Origin: Dendronephthya gigantea
Lineage: Eukaryota
Direction of reading: 5' to 3'
NCBI RefSeq assembly: GCF_004324835.1
Contig: NW_021163015.1
Coordinates: 2,952,323-3,016,322, forward strand
DNA length: 64,000 nt
Shown: positions 39,361-57,728 of the stretch, piece after piece
Layout of the letters: each line of letters opens with the position of its first letter
Numbering within the stretch: the stretch's first letter is position 1
Position numbers and translations under genes: made by a program
Notes under the pieces: generated by a model
What the model saw: only the letters and a program-made list of their open reading frames with translations
Databases searched by the model: none
What the model was told of the DNA's origin: nothing

Positions 39361-41429
39361 CCATCAACTATCACGCTGTTTGTTTTTGCTCAGCCGTTAA
39401 CCAGCTGCTTCAATCGCCGTGTAAGAAATATTTGCTTTCAGCTGTTTTAAAATAATATATTATAATGTATAGCTTTTAAATATTCTTGTTTATTATATCA
39501 TTCTTTGGAATTGACGACGTTTTTTGGTTTAAAGTACATACTTCGGTTATACCCAGTTATACCAGACTTTAGGTCACGTTTATCCCAATATGTCCTGTCA
39601 ATCCGCTTAGTTTCCTTTGACGATCTCATTTATCCTAATAGGTCTTGTAGATGCCCTTTAATTTTTCTTTGACGGTCTCATTTCGAGGAAAAATAGATTT
39701 TTGAACCTGTTATAACGCCTATTCACGTCCCCAGATACTTGTTAATTTAATACGCAATGCTTTGGGAACGAGGATGTATTCAGGTCTTTCCAAGAAATTG
39801 CCCGTTACACCAGACCGCGTGTACGAAATACACTGGGAACAAGATTTCCAGAATTTCCAGATGGATTTCCAGTAACGCCTATTCATTGGCGGTCTATACG
39901 CCAATATCTGCGAAGATTCAAGACGTCTCGGTTTTTCGCTTCAAATGATCTGCATCCCTTTTCCACAAGCTATGGAATTGCAAATTGCATTAATTACATA
40001 CGATGTATACATAATGTCTTTCAATCAGAGAAAAGCGTGTCAATTTGTTTCATGTGTAAATGGCATAATGCAGCTGTCAAATTGAATTTCGAAAGAAGCC
40101 GTCCAAATTGGCTACAGCGGCACTTTTGCACGATCTTTTATTCTAGATCTTGTTCATTTGTCCCTTACAGACATAGGTAATTTTAATCTGATAACCGTGC
40201 AATTGTAACGCCACTATAGCAAACACATTCAATTATTTATATTAATTTTGTCTGCCGCACGTAGCCTTGGGGAAACTCTGTCAAATCAACCCGCTTCTAA
40301 TAAATTCTGAAGAGTACTCGAAAAATTGATCTGAGAATATAATTGTTTTGAGAATGTATATTTGAATATATCATATATAGATGTTATATTTGTCAATTCG
40401 TAGCTAAAGTTTACTTAACAGTTGCTAAGCCACATTTTGAATGTCTAACTATCTATATTAAATGCATATTGACAATGTTTTTCCTTGTCTCGACAAATTT
40501 TGTCATGCGGAAATTTAGATCTACTAAAACTGAACGTTTTATTTTCACCTTCCTTGCATTCCTCCGGTTAAGATGGAAGAAATCGAGGTAGCCTGTTTTC
40601 TTAGCTTCGCCGCAAATCCTCGCATGAAAACTTATATTTTAATAGTTCAAACGAAAAGACGCTTCCCTCTATGGCTTCGAAAGTGGACTAGACGTTCAGT
40701 GTTATAATTTTTATAACCTGGTTTTGATTATACGAAATATCTTTCTTGTTTGTGCTTGGCATGCAAATCAGTATCTACTTACTGAAAGGTACATCAACAA
40801 AGGCTCTGTCGGCATTAGAATGTCAGGCGGGGTTTTATACCTCACCCCAACTCATTTTCTCGATCCAGATATGCACCGGAATTTAGGAGTGAAGATCAGC
40901 GACGGGATTTGCAGAACACCATTGAGAAACCACTTTAACATCGTTTTAAAAGTTTCAATATATTTATATCTTTGGCGCATATATTCATGAAATTTGCTTT
41001 TTGAATGCTGAAATGAATTTGATTGACGCTAATTCAAGCGTTACCCTGTCTGAGTGCAGGTAGTATTTACGAAATAATTATTAACAACATATATCTATCT
41101 AGATATATATGTATATATTGTATAAAAAAATAATGCGTTTTTACAGTCTGCGATTTTTCATCAAATTTTCATCAGTCTAGAGTTGTGTTCCGTTCAAAGA
41201 AATATTACATCTTTTTGATCACGTAGGAACTTTACAAAGTTCTAATAAAAAAATGTGGGTTGCGTCAGTCAACTGAGTGACATATTTTGTCCAATTGATG
41301 AGTAGAAAATGCTCGCAATCTTCCTAAGGCCACCGAAAGACGAGCTATAAAATTTTATATCGGCCTTCCGATTTTATACAAGCAACAGGCAGTGACTATT
41401 TGTAATTGTAATACAATGATGATGTTTGG

Positions 41430-41544
41430 CTGCGAGCCAATCAGAATCGAGAAATTTGCTATGTTATTGGAGTAGGCGGCCATCTTTAGGAAGGTGGGTT
41501 TTGCTGTCGTGAGGAGCCTCTTGCTCCAAATCGACTTTCCTTCA
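41430..41544 (+). promoter_or_regulatory. Putative core promoter / 5' UTR of the GRK gene (CCAAT box and GC-rich segment just upstream of the ATG)
   Basis: 'gcgagccaatcagaatcg' (CCAAT) at ~41445 and 'ggagtaggcggccatc' immediately upstream of the exon-1 ATG at 41545. Confidence 0.35.
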
Positions 41545-47543
<5,999 letters not shown>

Positions 47544-49358
47544 TAGGTCCTTCGGCTGGAATGAAACCCATAAAGCTGGTTGGTAAGAGGTATAGTTAGT
47601 GATAGAGAATTGGCCTGTAACGATGGTGTGTTTTACGTTTCGATTCAAGCACCCGAAATGCAGATAAGAATTTTATGCAGCCAGTTCCAGACCTTGTGTA
47701 AGCTGGTTGATTTTGTTCTAGACAGAGCCGAACGAGACAACCACCACCACAAGCGTCAGCTGAAATTCAACCCACCCCTTCGCCACCGTGAAATTTCTAT
47801 GTACAAACAGCGCGTAACTTCGTGCGGTGGAAATATTTTCAACTCCGAGCGGAGAATATGTTGATTAGCCACAGCAGAGTTGACCACACACGAAGGCCAC
47901 GAAAACTGGTAACAAATATTTGCAAATTATTCAAGGCTGGTCCGGTAGACGTCTCGTAAATAATAGAAAAAGAACATATTCTAGTGAAAACATCTCATTT
48001 TTACGCCTCCCGTTCTACTTAAATCATTTTAGTTATAGAAAAACCGTCTGTATGCCTCGTTGCAACGGTAATACAGGCGACTGCTAACCGTTTTTATCGC
48101 CCCTCGACGGCTGTTGGATGAGATTTTTTAGTCGATGCATGGTAACCTACGTCTTCCATTATTACTGAGCGTATGTCATGTGTAGACTAACTAAAATCTC
48201 TTTTAAAAGAAAAGTAGCGTGGCCGGGACAATATACGTTTTGAATGGGCCATTAGCTACCAATTATTGATAATGCAATCGACGCAATTCAGGAAGAGATT
48301 GTGTTGACGATGGTTGCACTTGCATACAGTAGGCACTCTTTTGTATATTGAAAGGCAAATTTTATCGTTCTTCAATCTCGTTTTGGCACGCTGCATGGGC
48401 GACAAATATGTGCAGTGCGACGGCGAGAGACTAGTTGAGACCGCAGAAAATGTCGCGTTTTGTGGCTGGGAATCTAGTTACCAGGACTTCATAATATAGT
48501 GAGAGTAATAATTAGGTCGGGGGAAAGGACCTGGAAACTAGATTCCCCGTCATCTTGGTACTGCAAATTGCCCTTTTTGGTTTGCTGTGAATTAATCCGC
48601 TAACTTCGTTTTAATTCACATCAGTGTGGGTTGGTCTTCGAACAGGCCTCAAAAGATATTTGTCTTGCATTGGCTCCTTTCAGATCTTCAGATGTTAATT
48701 TCTCCCATAAATTGGATTCCGATACGTCCTAAATTAACAAATGATTATTTTGCATGATTTAAAAATTAATCAAGATCACATGCAAGATTTTGCGATAGTT
48801 GAAGTTTCGTTTTCTTTGCTTCCACTTTATGTACAGCTAATTTGAATTTATACCAATTTTCAATGCAGGTTTCTCATTCATAATCAGATATAAAATTTTA
48901 GTTGCATGATTACGGAAATACGGGGTTCTTTCAAGGCTAAAGATGATTCTAGACATGCATTATATGATCTGAAAGGGGTTTTGGCATATGAGACGTATTA
49001 AAAAATCTACAGACACTTTTTGAAAATGCTCAATCCTCATGAAACGCAAGGTGAAAATGAATGTCTAGTTTGAAAATGCACTTACAACCTAGTCAACACC
49101 ACTTAGTCGACACCTGACCAACGCTTATTTCTCACCATAGTTTCATGTCGGTTGAGCAACATTTCAAAGTGAATATTATTTTCTGGCTGGTCCATAGTTG
49201 GTATTTGATTATTGTACAGGTATAAAGAACAATTTTGAAGCATTTTAGAATATATCTGGTGAGCGTTTTATTATTGAAAGAATCATAATCGTTAGTGTAT
49301 TAGTATCGCTATCAGCGAAGTCACTCTTCTTTTTGTTGAAAGCGAACCAAGGACTGGA

Positions 49359-49646
49359 ATGTGTATGAAGTCACTCATATTCGTATACTTGCTATCCACA
49401 AAGATATTTAAGTTGTCTTATGCAGGCGACATTTCCCGAATACCACGTCATTTTGACATGGGAATAACTCTGTTTTCTATGTATGTTTACGAGTTGTTCA
49501 TAGAAACAACAGTTAATAAAGGATCCAGTGGTTTTGATTACGGTTTCGTCTTGCAAAGGAATGAAGATGAATTGGGATACCAACCAACACAACAGGGAGT
49601 TTTTCAAAGTTACCCCGAAAAGCACCAAAATATTTGGCAAACTTGA
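49359..49646 (+). CDS. Candidate small secreted-peptide ORF (95 aa) with N-terminal hydrophobic signal-like segment; speculative
   Basis: MCMKSLIFVYLLSTKIFKLSYAGD… has a signal-peptide-like start. There is no homology I recognise. It is an isolated ORF in an otherwise non-coding stretch. Confidence 0.15.
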   Translation: MCMKSLIFVYLLSTKIFKLSYAGDISRIPRHFDMGITLFSMYVYELFIETTVNKGSSGFDYGFVLQRNEDELGYQPTQQGVFQSYPEKHQNIWQT

Positions 49647-51292
49647 GCACTCGTGGCGTTCTGAAGAGAAGTGGAACTCTCAAAGCACGTCCGTATCAAG
49701 GTGGTCCTGAAAACGAAAGATATATTTATGAGTCCATAAGAACTCGCTGCATTACGAAATCAAGTCTGAAAGATTGAACGTGCCTTGCATAGAAGTTTTT
49801 GTTTCCACTCTTCAATGGCGAGAGCAGAAAAATTTCTCACTTTCAGCAAGTTTCCATCATCGTCTAATGCAATAAAAATATCTTCAGAGGTATTCGTAAT
49901 ACGGTATTATAAAATGCTGACAAGTTTACCTGATGTAACTAGACTTTCTTTTTCAAATTCCTCAAGAGATTGCTTGACACAAGACCTCGCTCTGCTTTTG
50001 AAATCTTCTAAATTTTCGTTCAAGCTAAAAGTAAGAGTAATTCACTTTACCGGGGGGTGGTAAACATGTCAAATGCATGAAGATGAGCCGGGTTTAAGAG
50101 ATGAACTGTTGCAATGGTGGACTACAGATTCTGTCAAGTTCGTCTGGTGTATGTGTTAACACCTCGAGGAAGTAATTTCTTACCAATTCGCAGCTTCTTC
50201 ATTCAAGGGTCTCCCGGTGTTCATTGTATAGAAAGAGCTTTTCAAATATTTTAACAAATCCCTAAAAAGTCGCCAAAACGAAATTAAGAGACACTCGGTT
50301 GTTATCTCCTTTCATAAACTCGGGAAAGGCCAAGCTGCTTTAGTGAAATTGGACATTAAAGTTCGCAATAAGCATTCCTACCCAATATGATTTTCATGTT
50401 TATTCCATCGAGGGAACGCCTGCTCAATGTTCAATATCCTTGAAACAGAAAGACCACGCTTAATGATTTATGATTTATATATTAATAGAAACAGAAGGTT
50501 TTTCTTACCCGTTCTTGTGGATTTGTGGGTGGAAAACATGACTTGTGAAGCGGATCAGTGGAGCAGCATTTGGAAAACTACAAATTTACGTGATTCAGTA
50601 TTTCTTAGAGTTCCTCTGTATAGGCTGAGTTTAACAAATATCCATACGTACTTGTCTTGAAATAAAATGTCGAATCGAAATACCCCTTCCCGGAAAGGCC
50701 CAGCCCTTAGAAATATTATGCCATGCCATACTAAAAAAAGTATGAACTCAAATTAGAATTTTGATTGGATTTTGCCCTATCAGTTATTTTATCGATAAAC
50801 ATTGGTGGTATTCTTAATGATTTATAATATTCTACCTTGAAGTGACTTTATTGATGGTATCACGTATACTCCACCAGGAGGATTTTTACACAGATATTTG
50901 CTGAAAAACAGCATCACACAAACACATCAAGTTTATAAGCATAATGTCATGAATGGTTCAGGCTGTGGCAAAGTGCAAATATTGCTGTATTGGTGAAATC
51001 ACATAGTCTTCGGAAGCATTGCATAGCACAAACTGAGACATGAGAAAGAAGAAGCTAGGAAAATTTACCAAGTTCGTTGCCCTTGCGGGGATTGGTACCT
51101 ACAGGAAACCATGGATTGTAGGGAACATTTAGCAATATGGCTGCTCAATATGGGAGTTAATTAAACTAATATCTGAAATGTACTCCATTCTCCCTAATAA
51201 TCACGCGTTAACAAGGGCAATTAAAAACGCGTATGGGAAATTTTTCCCAAGTCAACAATGTCGAGTATTTACTTCATTCAAACACGATTGAC

Positions 51293-51637
51293 TCACAATT
51301 CCATTAATATATCATGTTCTTTGAAATAGCTTGAGAAATCCTCATGAATTCTTGCGTTGTCTGTCTTGTCTTCTAGGTTTTGAATTTCATTGTCAGCTGT
51401 GTTAAATTCGTTACTTGCTGCGGTGCGTTTCATCGCCTTCCCTGGATAGCCAAATAACTTTATCGTCTCTCTCTTTATTTTATTACTCAACCCGGAAACC
51501 CTCGAAGATCTGTTAGCTGTTGATTCCCGCGAGTGAGATGGAACGTCCGTACTCGCCGGCTCGTAATTATTATCAAATTCCTTTTCATTGCTTTCTTTTG
51601 AATTTTGCGCTTCAACCTCTTCCGTCGATGGCATCAT
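51293..51637 (-). CDS. Hypothetical small acidic/Ser-rich protein (114 aa), single ORF
   Basis: ORF MMPSTEEVEAQNSKESNEKEFDNNYEPASTDVPSHSRESTANRSSRVSGLSNKIKRETIKLFGYPGKAMKRTAASNEF…. No family recognised. Its low-complexity composition could be coding, or could be chance. Confidence 0.2.
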   Translation of the reverse strand: MMPSTEEVEAQNSKESNEKEFDNNYEPASTDVPSHSRESTANRSSRVSGLSNKIKRETIKLFGYPGKAMKRTAASNEFNTADNEIQNLEDKTDNARIHEDFSSYFKEHDILMEL

Positions 51638-52382
51638 TGAAATATTTGTTTTATAGTCTTGTGTAAATTGCCCTAAGAATTATGTTGTCTCTTGAAAGCG
51701 CGTGAATATTTAATTTCGATTGTTAACATGCACGAGACTGAGTCAGTGTATTCGTCAGTCTGTTGTTTTTCATTATCTCTTTCATCGATGCCAAATTAAA
51801 AACCAAATATCAAGTGAATCTGCTAAACAAATATTAACTATGATTTATCTGAGGTATATCATATTACCTAAATCCGGTAAAAGTCATTCTTCACTTCAGT
51901 TGCCATTTATTTTGCCAATTGGCCTTAGGTAAATGAAGCGTAGACGTTATTTGACTTATTTGCATGCAAGCATGAAATAAATAATTCATATGTCATTTAC
52001 TTTGTTGTCATATCTGTTGAAGGATCACCCGACTATATCTTTGATAATAATCTTACACGAATTTTGCTGTTTCCTTTCAATTTTACACATAATGTTTGGT
52101 GAATATTTTCCAATTGAAGTTCTAATTGAAGTTCTAATTGTTTCCAATACTTGATATGCGATTGTTTTTTAAAAAAGAAATTGAATTTGCCGGAACCGGA
52201 ATTATTCATCTTAAATCGAAAATATAATCTGTATTAGATATTTATTATAATATTAGATATCTATAATTTTCTCAAATATATTTCATCGTTTGTTTGGAGA
52301 AATATGAGCAACGAAAATCTTCGTGAAATTAAAATTGTCACAATTCACTAGTTCCAGTCTCCTCTTCTCCTCCGTATCCAAT

Positions 52383-53163
52383 ATGGCGACCGCCGTGGAC
52401 GAAAATGCTGCCAATTTGACAAAGACATTTGACAGTAAAACGACTGCAGATCTTGAGAGAGTGACTGACTATGAAGAAGATAAAGAGATAAGTCCAGTGA
52501 ATATTGGAAATGTAAGTGATGTGCAGCAGAAATAAATATATATTTCATTATTTTCAACATATCTGAGACTGACTGAAGCCGAAGGCTATAAAGAGTCTAT
52601 TACAGACGTTTGTGGCCCATTCACTGAATATTCTACTAATGATTTAAAATAGGCAATTTCATTTGTTGATGACACATATTCGAAAGAAAAGGCCGCCAAA
52701 GCAGAACGGTAAATACAAACGAAGCCTTTATATTAGTTTTAAATTGAATGAATTGATTCAACTGAATCAACTCATATATGGCGGAGATATCAGATATACT
52801 TCAATATTTTTGGTTTCAGCGAAAAAGAACTGTCGAAAGTTGCCATAAAGAAAGAACATGTTGATTTAATCGTAAGTATTGCAACAATGTGAGCCATTTT
52901 ATGATATCATGTGAGTGAATGATACAGCTTTACTTTACCCCCGATTTCATTCATGTTTACTTAATCCCCGATTTAATTCATTTTTACTTAATCCGCGATT
53001 TAATTTGTGTTTACTTAATCCCGATCACATTCGTGTTTACTTAATCCCCGATTTCATTCGTAAACAGATGAGAGAGATGGAAATCTCGAAGTCTGCTGCA
53101 GAATGGAGTCTAAGGAGTCATGGCGGGGATGTTGTGAAAGCATTGATTTCACTAACAAATTGA
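52383..53163 (+). CDS. HYPK: Huntingtin-interacting protein K (HYPK, NAC/UBA-like), 4 exons
   Basis: Exons 52383-52512 (MATAVDENAANLTKTFDSKTTADLERVTDYEEDKEISPVNIGN), ~52650-52706 (AISFVDDTYSKEKAAKAER), ~52820-52870 (EKELSKVAIKKEHVDLI), ~53066-53163 (MREMEISKSAAEWSLRSHGGDVVKALISLTN*). Matches human HYPK (…ADLERVTDYAEEKEIQ…KELAKVTIKKEDLELIMTEMEISRAAAERSLREHMGNVVEALIALTN). Confidence 0.85.
52915..53062. repeat. Minisatellite (~30 bp unit x5, 'tttacttaatccccgatttcattcgtg') in HYPK intron 3
   Basis: '…tttaccccc gatttcattcatg tttacttaatccccgatttaattcatttttacttaatccgcgatttaatttgtgtttacttaatcccgatcacattcgtgtttacttaatccccgatttcattcgtaaacag'. Confidence 0.8.
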
Positions 53164-54229
53164 AAAACCTAGTAAATGAAATCTCGAACTTTCTTGCCGA
53201 AAGTGGCTTCGGGATGCGCAGGGTATGAGATGGCGGACTTTTTTAATAGTAAAGACGATTGTACAGTATGGCTTATAAAAAAATGCATTGAGCACCAAAA
53301 TAAAGGCTTTCAAGCCTGTTCAAGCCTGTATTACTATGAAAACGATTTTTATCACAAGTCCATGCGAAGTGACGATGGAATGTATCCCAAAGGAGCTGTT
53401 GACGCCATGGCTGTTAACAGTTGAGGGCAAGAATTTGATCATCATTATAGAGCAAACCTAGCTCTTCCTTAGTTAGCCCTTCCGCCCTAATCCTTCTCAT
53501 TTAACTTCCGTCCTATCAACAATAGAGCCTGAATGTTAGGCTATCTTTTAAACTGAGAGCGGACAAGGGGGAATAAACAGGGGGGGATAACGCGGGATGA
53601 TTATGGAATGAAAAGAGAACAGTCAGAGGTGATTAGAGCATGAACAGGGAATAGTGGGGATGATTATGGAACGCGGGGAAATAAACGGGGGAAACAGATC
53701 AAAATCTAGTCCTTCATAGTCTTACAATAATTCTCAAATGTGTTCTCCTCGCTCCTGATTCGACAGTCGACACACTAGAACTACGACTTTATTATACAGT
53801 AATGTAGTGGTATTTCAATAATGCGGAGACCGCATCGTTTCCATTCAACATTCTTTTAAGAGTTTCAGCGTATGTTCTAACTTCCGTCCTGTCAACGACG
53901 GATATATACTAGCCCAAATATAGCGCAATAAAACGGGAAAGGGGACACTTAATTTTCCCAAAATGTACACGTCAAGCACACGCCATAACACTTGCCTAAT
54001 GGCTGCCTGAGGATTTCTTATCAATTCTGACATTTTATTAGTAATTTGTTGTAAATGTTGTTACAAGATGATAATGTGTGTGCTAATAATCGTCCGGATG
54101 AAGTTTGACATCTCTCTTCCTCATCTTTCATTGCTCACAGCACGACATCTACAGTGATGTCATTTGCTTGATTGTATGTCACATCCGCTAAGGAACTAGT
54201 CTTATTTAAAAAGAGACAGCGCAGCGAAA

Positions 54230-57200
54230 TTGCTACAGTTCCTATCTCGCAGAATGAAGGCAGCGATCAGTATCTTTGTTCTCTACCATGCACTCGTCTC
54301 ATCGGCGTTTGATCTCTATGGTTCTATGGACGACGCTCGAAGCGCAATCATGTCTTTTTACGACTCAACGCACGTCGCACCCCGTGTTCTGGCAACGGAG
54401 AAGCCAACAGTGAACACCCCAATACCAGGTAGTTTCGTCACAAGTCTGGCAGAAGTACCAGACGTTATTCGCCCTGTTTCTGTTAAAAAATTTTCGAAAC
54501 GGAAACACACTATGGTAACATCAATGGGTGGAACGGGTCCTAGGTTTAGACCATTTCCACGGCGAAAATATAAACATCATTCTGTCATTTCTGCGTGGAG
54601 AAGACCTGCTCCTAAGTTCAAACCACTTCTCAAACCAATTCCAACCGTCGCTTTGAGAACGTCTTCCCCAGTTGTTCGCTCCAAACGAGTCTCGTTGAAC
54701 AAGTTCGCTGAAGCTATCGAAGATATTGAGAAAGCCTTGGCCGATGCGCAAATTGTGAGTCGCGTCAGGCACGACGCAACTAGGTTGAGGAAACTAAAAG
54801 ATCTTATCAAAACAGCTGTTGAGAAAAGAAGTTATCGTTTTGCGCGTAAGGCAATCGGTGAAGCGATGTTCACGATTAGAAAAATGAACGAGCAAAGGTA
54901 AGAATTGGAATTGCAAATGTGAAATATAAATGCATATTACATGAAAACGGTGTTAGATGGGCTGAACATGCCCTCGAACATGCCCTAGCTTTAAGCCTTG
55001 GCGTTTGTTCAAAAGTCGAAGTTGCGTTTGTATTTTAAGGTTGTCCTTTGAGTCATAACAGGCTAGCCTAGTTCTTACCAATTGTGTTGGCCTGTGCCTC
55101 AAAATCGTCTTATATCTAAAGTCTGGTTTCGACGCATTTCTGTCGAGACAAATGCAACTAAGACAATATAAGATGATAATCGGAAGGCGATATAACTAAA
55201 ACGAGGCTTATCATACTGTTATGTATTTGCTCAATTACACCTGACAAAAAAGGCCTAGGCTGGCGGGCAGGCAATTGATTATTTTAATGACTGTATATTT
55301 TATCAAGGAAAGCAACTGGACGTAGAAAGAGAAACATTGTCCTGTCATCAAAGGATTTTCTTGGCAGCGTTAGGCGGACAATTGGTGTATCGGCTTTCAA
55401 TGATCTTCTTGCGATGCAAGGTCAAGTCACACTCATGTTTGCCATCGACGATACGGGCAGCATGCGTGAGGAAATTGAAGCCGCAAAAAGAATCGCAACG
55501 TCTATCGTGAATCAGCAACGAGTGGAGCCGGTTGATTACATTCTGTCACCGTTTAATGACCCAGGTAATTAGCATTAGTTGCGGTCAAGTCAGTTCTACG
55601 CATGTGCTGTGTTTATGGTACACAAATAGTCAAATATTAACCTTGAAGTGCACAACATTGCTTAGTCAGACACGATGCTTCTAAATTACTTGTCGAATCT
55701 CTTGCGGCGCATCTAAGGTAACAGTTTTTTTGGTGTTTTTTTGTTAGGTACTGGTCCAGTAACCTATTGTTCAGAGACCGAAAAAGATCGATTTGTGAGA
55801 GCCATTGCTTCTCTTTCACCCAATTCTGGGGGCGATTGTCCTGAACTGGCATTCCAAGGAATGAGTGACGCAATCGACGCTGGACCTCAGCTAGACTCAC
55901 CTTTGTACGTATTCACGGATGCCGGACCAAAAGACGCAACCGAAGACAAAGTACGATACGTTAAAGAGACTGCACAGGCCCAAGGACTTGTCGTTAATTT
56001 CTTTGTTGTTCAGAATACTGCGTGTACACAAGGGGTAGACATCTCGTCGTTTCACGAAATAGCGCAAGCCACTATGGGTCAGGTTTATGAATTGAAAAAT
56101 TCTCAGGAACTTGATGATCTTCAAGGGTTGACAGCAACCTCGCTTGGAGGGACTGCTGTCGTAGCAAATGCAGTCAGTGATAATCAATCTTCGCGTAAGA
56201 AACGGAGCTCTTCCCAAACTGCCAATTCGTATTCAATCACGGTTGATGACTCTATAGACACCCTGGTTGTATCCGTGACTGGTGACAAACCCAAAGCGAA
56301 TATGTGGAGCGTGTCGCTGACCTCGCCCACGGGAACGATTGCAGGCGTCACTACCACAAGTAACTTAGACCAAGGAACCGTGTACCAGATATCCAAACCG
56401 AATGTAGGGATTTGGAATTTAGGAATCAATGCTGATCCAAATGTGAAGTATGATTTCTTTGTGAAGGGATCCAGTGCGGATAACATCGATTTTGAAGTTT
56501 ACTTTGTCAGGACCACAGTTAGAAGAGGAGTGTCTACTACAGTTCCCATCACTGCACCTTTACTAGGTAAGACTATGACCTTTGTGTATAGCTTGCGTGA
56601 TTCTTCGTTATATGACAAGATAAGTAATAAATCAAAGATGATCTGAGATAGATTACACACCACAGTTAATAGATTACACTGAGTGTGGTATTTCTGTGAG
56701 ATATTGTATGTTTATAGTTGGCAATAAATAGGATAATAAAATTTTTATATGTGGAAGAAAATATGGCGATTACTTCAAAATTTATCTTGGTCTTGTGTAG
56801 TAGTTTTTTGTTGTAGTAGTTTATTGTATAACTCCTATGAACAACTCTTCAATAATTGTGTTCATTTTCATTTCAGGCATCGAAGCTGAAGCTATCCTGA
56901 CTCTGGGTGGCGTGGGCCATGTCGACCAAAGTACTCTGAGAGCAGAACTCGTGGACTTGTGCGGCGATGTCATAACGCCAACCAGATCCGTCTCTTTCAC
57001 ATCGAAAGACAAAAAAGGGATCCGCCATTCTTTCAAATTCTTCCCACCAAATCAAGATTTCAAAATTAAGTTGAAGGGGCGTACGAAGAAAGGACATGCA
57101 TTCGAACGTATTTCTCACTCTCCCATCAAACCTGAAACTCTGATTGTTAAAGTTGTGTTCGCACGAAACGATTACACTATGACACAAGGTGGAGCAGGTT

Positions 57201-57454
57201 ATGTAATCTTCATGATCGAAAACTTTGGAGAGAGCGAGGTTGTGGATATAAGCTCGTTTGGTAGCATGGGAACAGTCGAGAGACAATCGCGAAGCACGGC
57301 CCTAGCTCGTAAAGATCGTAGAACGTCGTTTTCCGTCTCATTCCGAGGAAAAACGAAGGCAACACGAGGTTTGACGGTTACGATTGTTGTGTCGGTTAAA
57401 GGACGAAATTCAGGCTCCAAATCTGTCATGTCTGTTCCATTGTTAGTTGTCTAG
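54230..57454 (+). CDS. Secreted VWA-domain protein with signal peptide, basic propeptide and furin (RRKR) site; 4 exons
   Basis: - Exon 54230-54898: MLQFLSRRMKAAISIFVLYHALVSSA… (signal peptide), Lys/Arg-rich.
- Exon ~55297-55567: ATGRRKRNIVLSSKDFLGSVRRTIGVSAFNDLLAMQGQVTLMFAIDDTGSMREEIEAAKRIATSIVNQ… (start of the VWA domain, MIDAS-like DxTGS).
- Exon ~55745-56567: GTGPVTYCSETEKDRFVRAIASLSPNSGGDCPELAFQGM…YVFTDAGPKD…FFVVQN….
- Exon ~56870-57454: …IEAEAILTLGGVGHVD…VMSVPLLVV*.
All junctions are GT-AG. Confidence 0.65.
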
Positions 57455-57728
57455 TCCATGTGATGAAAATATTACGCGGAAACAATTCACCTGATTGACG
57501 TGATTGTAGACTAGTGTATACATAGATTAGGATTTTATCCTATTGAAACTTAGATTCAAGACCAAATATTATCTCTCATTGAAAGTTACTGATGATAATT
57601 AAAACGCATTTACAAAGTAGCACGTATTTCTTTTACAAAAAAATGAAAGGTTTTCATATGCTACATCTTCTTACATCAGGACACTGAAGATACTCTTCTA
57701 CATAAAAATATTTAAAAACCGTTTAAGA

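Noticed and set aside
47580-47864. 94-aa ORF downstream of the GRK gene as a possible C-terminal GRK exon
   Set aside because: It does not resemble the GRK C-terminal tail. The likely remaining GRK exon or exons could not be placed, and this ORF is probably non-coding.
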